This document shows, one piece after another, positions 63,052 to 64,000 of a stretch of DNA of 64,000 nucleotides. The DNA lies in NCBI GenBank assembly GCA_963809485.1, contig CAWEJX010000006.1:288001-352000 (forward strand). The letters run 5' to 3'. How positions within the stretch are numbered: the stretch's first letter is position 1; every line of letters begins with the position of its first letter. The notes beneath the pieces were generated by a model. It did not search any database. It was not told the DNA's origin and saw only the letters and a program-made list of their open reading frames with translations. The position numbers and the translations under genes were made by a program. Source of the DNA: an uncultured Acidobacteriota bacterium (GTDB lineage Bacteria; Acidobacteriota; UBA6911).

Positions 63052-63924
63052 TCAGCGCGCTTGTTTGGATGCCGCTTCCTCGAGGAGCACTCGCCGGGTT
63101 GATCCCATGGTCATTTCAAGAGATTCCTTTGGGATCTCGGTCACGAATGGCTTGATGATGGGAGAAACGATCAAGGGAATGCTCCGAGTCAGAGAGATCG
63201 ATTCGCATTCGACGTAGATGCCGCCGTCCTTCTGTTCGAATTTCCAGTAGGAATTGAGCCGCCAGAGAAATCCGTTGTCCTGACCGACAGGCTTCTGCTT
63301 TTCTGTCGGCTCATCCGCGTCTGTAACCTCCTGGATGCGGGTAGTGTAGGAGCGGCTGTGGCAGCGGGCAGCGTCCATAGGGTGGTAGTGGACGTCGTGG
63401 TCGGTATTCAGCGTCACTGTGATAATTTTTTTCTTCCGCAGGCGATAATAGATCTTGAAATCGTTGCCGCTGCGGCTCATCAGCTTGGAGCGCAGGACTT
63501 CCGGCTTGTATATATATTGATGCCGGTCGTAATCCTGCACCAGCGCGAGCACCTGGGAGAGCGTGGCCCCGGGAACGAACACGACACCCAGCCAATGATG
63601 GATGAGCCCGTCGGGGATTTTGATCTCATGGCCGGCTTGATCTGCCGTTTTCAAGCGCTCCATGAAGATCTCGTTGCGTTTCATGACATCGTAGGCTTTG
63701 CGCCGCCCGGCTTCCGGCAATCCGTCGATGTATAGGAACGAGGAGGGCTTTTTCAACTCATTGTCGATGCGCGCTTCGGTTGCGGCCACGTACTTCTGGA
63801 ATGCTGCCAGAGTGGCGGGCTTCAGCTCTGCGCTCAACGCTTCAGCGGGCCAGTGGAGGACGGTGAGAAAAAGCAGTAGCGCCCCGGGAATTCTGAAGGT
63901 GTGATATGACGGATTCATATACAC
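63052..63924 (-). CDS. secreted hypothetical protein
   Basis: signal peptide; GLIHHWLG, QDYD, GFLWRLNSYW, ESISLTR. Confidence 0.8.
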   Translation of the reverse strand: MYMNPSYHTFRIPGALLLFLTVLHWPAEALSAELKPATLAAFQKYVAATEARIDNELKKPSSFLYIDGLPEAGRRKAYDVMKRNEIFMERLKTADQAGHEIKIPDGLIHHWLGVVFVPGATLSQVLALVQDYDRHQYIYKPEVLRSKLMSRSGNDFKIYYRLRKKKIITVTLNTDHDVHYHPMDAARCHSRSYTTRIQEVTDADEPTEKQKPVGQDNGFLWRLNSYWKFEQKDGGIYVECESISLTRSIPLIVSPIIKPFVTEIPKESLEMTMGSTRRVLLEEAASKQAR

Positions 63925-63966
63925 AGCATATCAAGAAACCGGCATAAAGGCTCAGTCTAATCCATC

Positions 63967-64000
63967 GGGGAATCCACCGGCTCTGTCGGAGGATACCCAC
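63967..64000 (+). mobile_element. probable IS200/IS605-type end hairpin at the window edge
   Basis: GGGGAATCCACCGGCTCTGTCGGAGGATAC resembles the hairpin at 31217. Confidence 0.5.

Overview
A GC-rich bacterial window. The gene content suggests an anaerobe, possibly Acidobacteriota, but that is inference. (1) 1-11.8 kb is the decayed right end of a prophage or integrative element. It holds frameshifted radC, a broken M15 endolysin, holin- and spanin-like genes, FN3/Ig genes, cargo genes separated by a repeated hairpin element, a dead IS200/IS605 tnpA abutting a truncated tyrosine integrase, and a degenerate 3' tRNA-Leu(CAA) att remnant. Two inverted paralogues of a secreted S74-type fibre gene straddle this junction. 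(2) 13-41 kb is a redox-rich accessory region: Tat-exported AKR, an AprAB-like flavoprotein/ferredoxin pair, Zn-ADH, MFS, a TonB receptor plus molybdopterin-oxidoreductase-like gene bracketed by a duplicated nitroreductase end, a double cupin, and a Tat-linked AOR. It also contains a gene split by the ORF track that reads as one ~601-aa lipoprotein selenoprotein (in-frame TGA in U-x-x-C plus a SECIS-like hairpin). (3) 41-52 kb has a two-component system divergent from an hdrA'-qmoC-like-hdrA''-mvhDGA-protease operon with no hdrB. (4) 52-64 kb carries LysM, RlpA, NifX-like, EFR1, glgP, metG, MFS and secreted hypotheticals. A family of IS200/IS605-derived non-coding elements recurs through the window. 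Many single-base frameshifts in otherwise intact genes suggest sequencing or assembly error. No CRISPR array, rRNA or intact tRNA was seen. All family calls are by motif recognition; no database searches were run.
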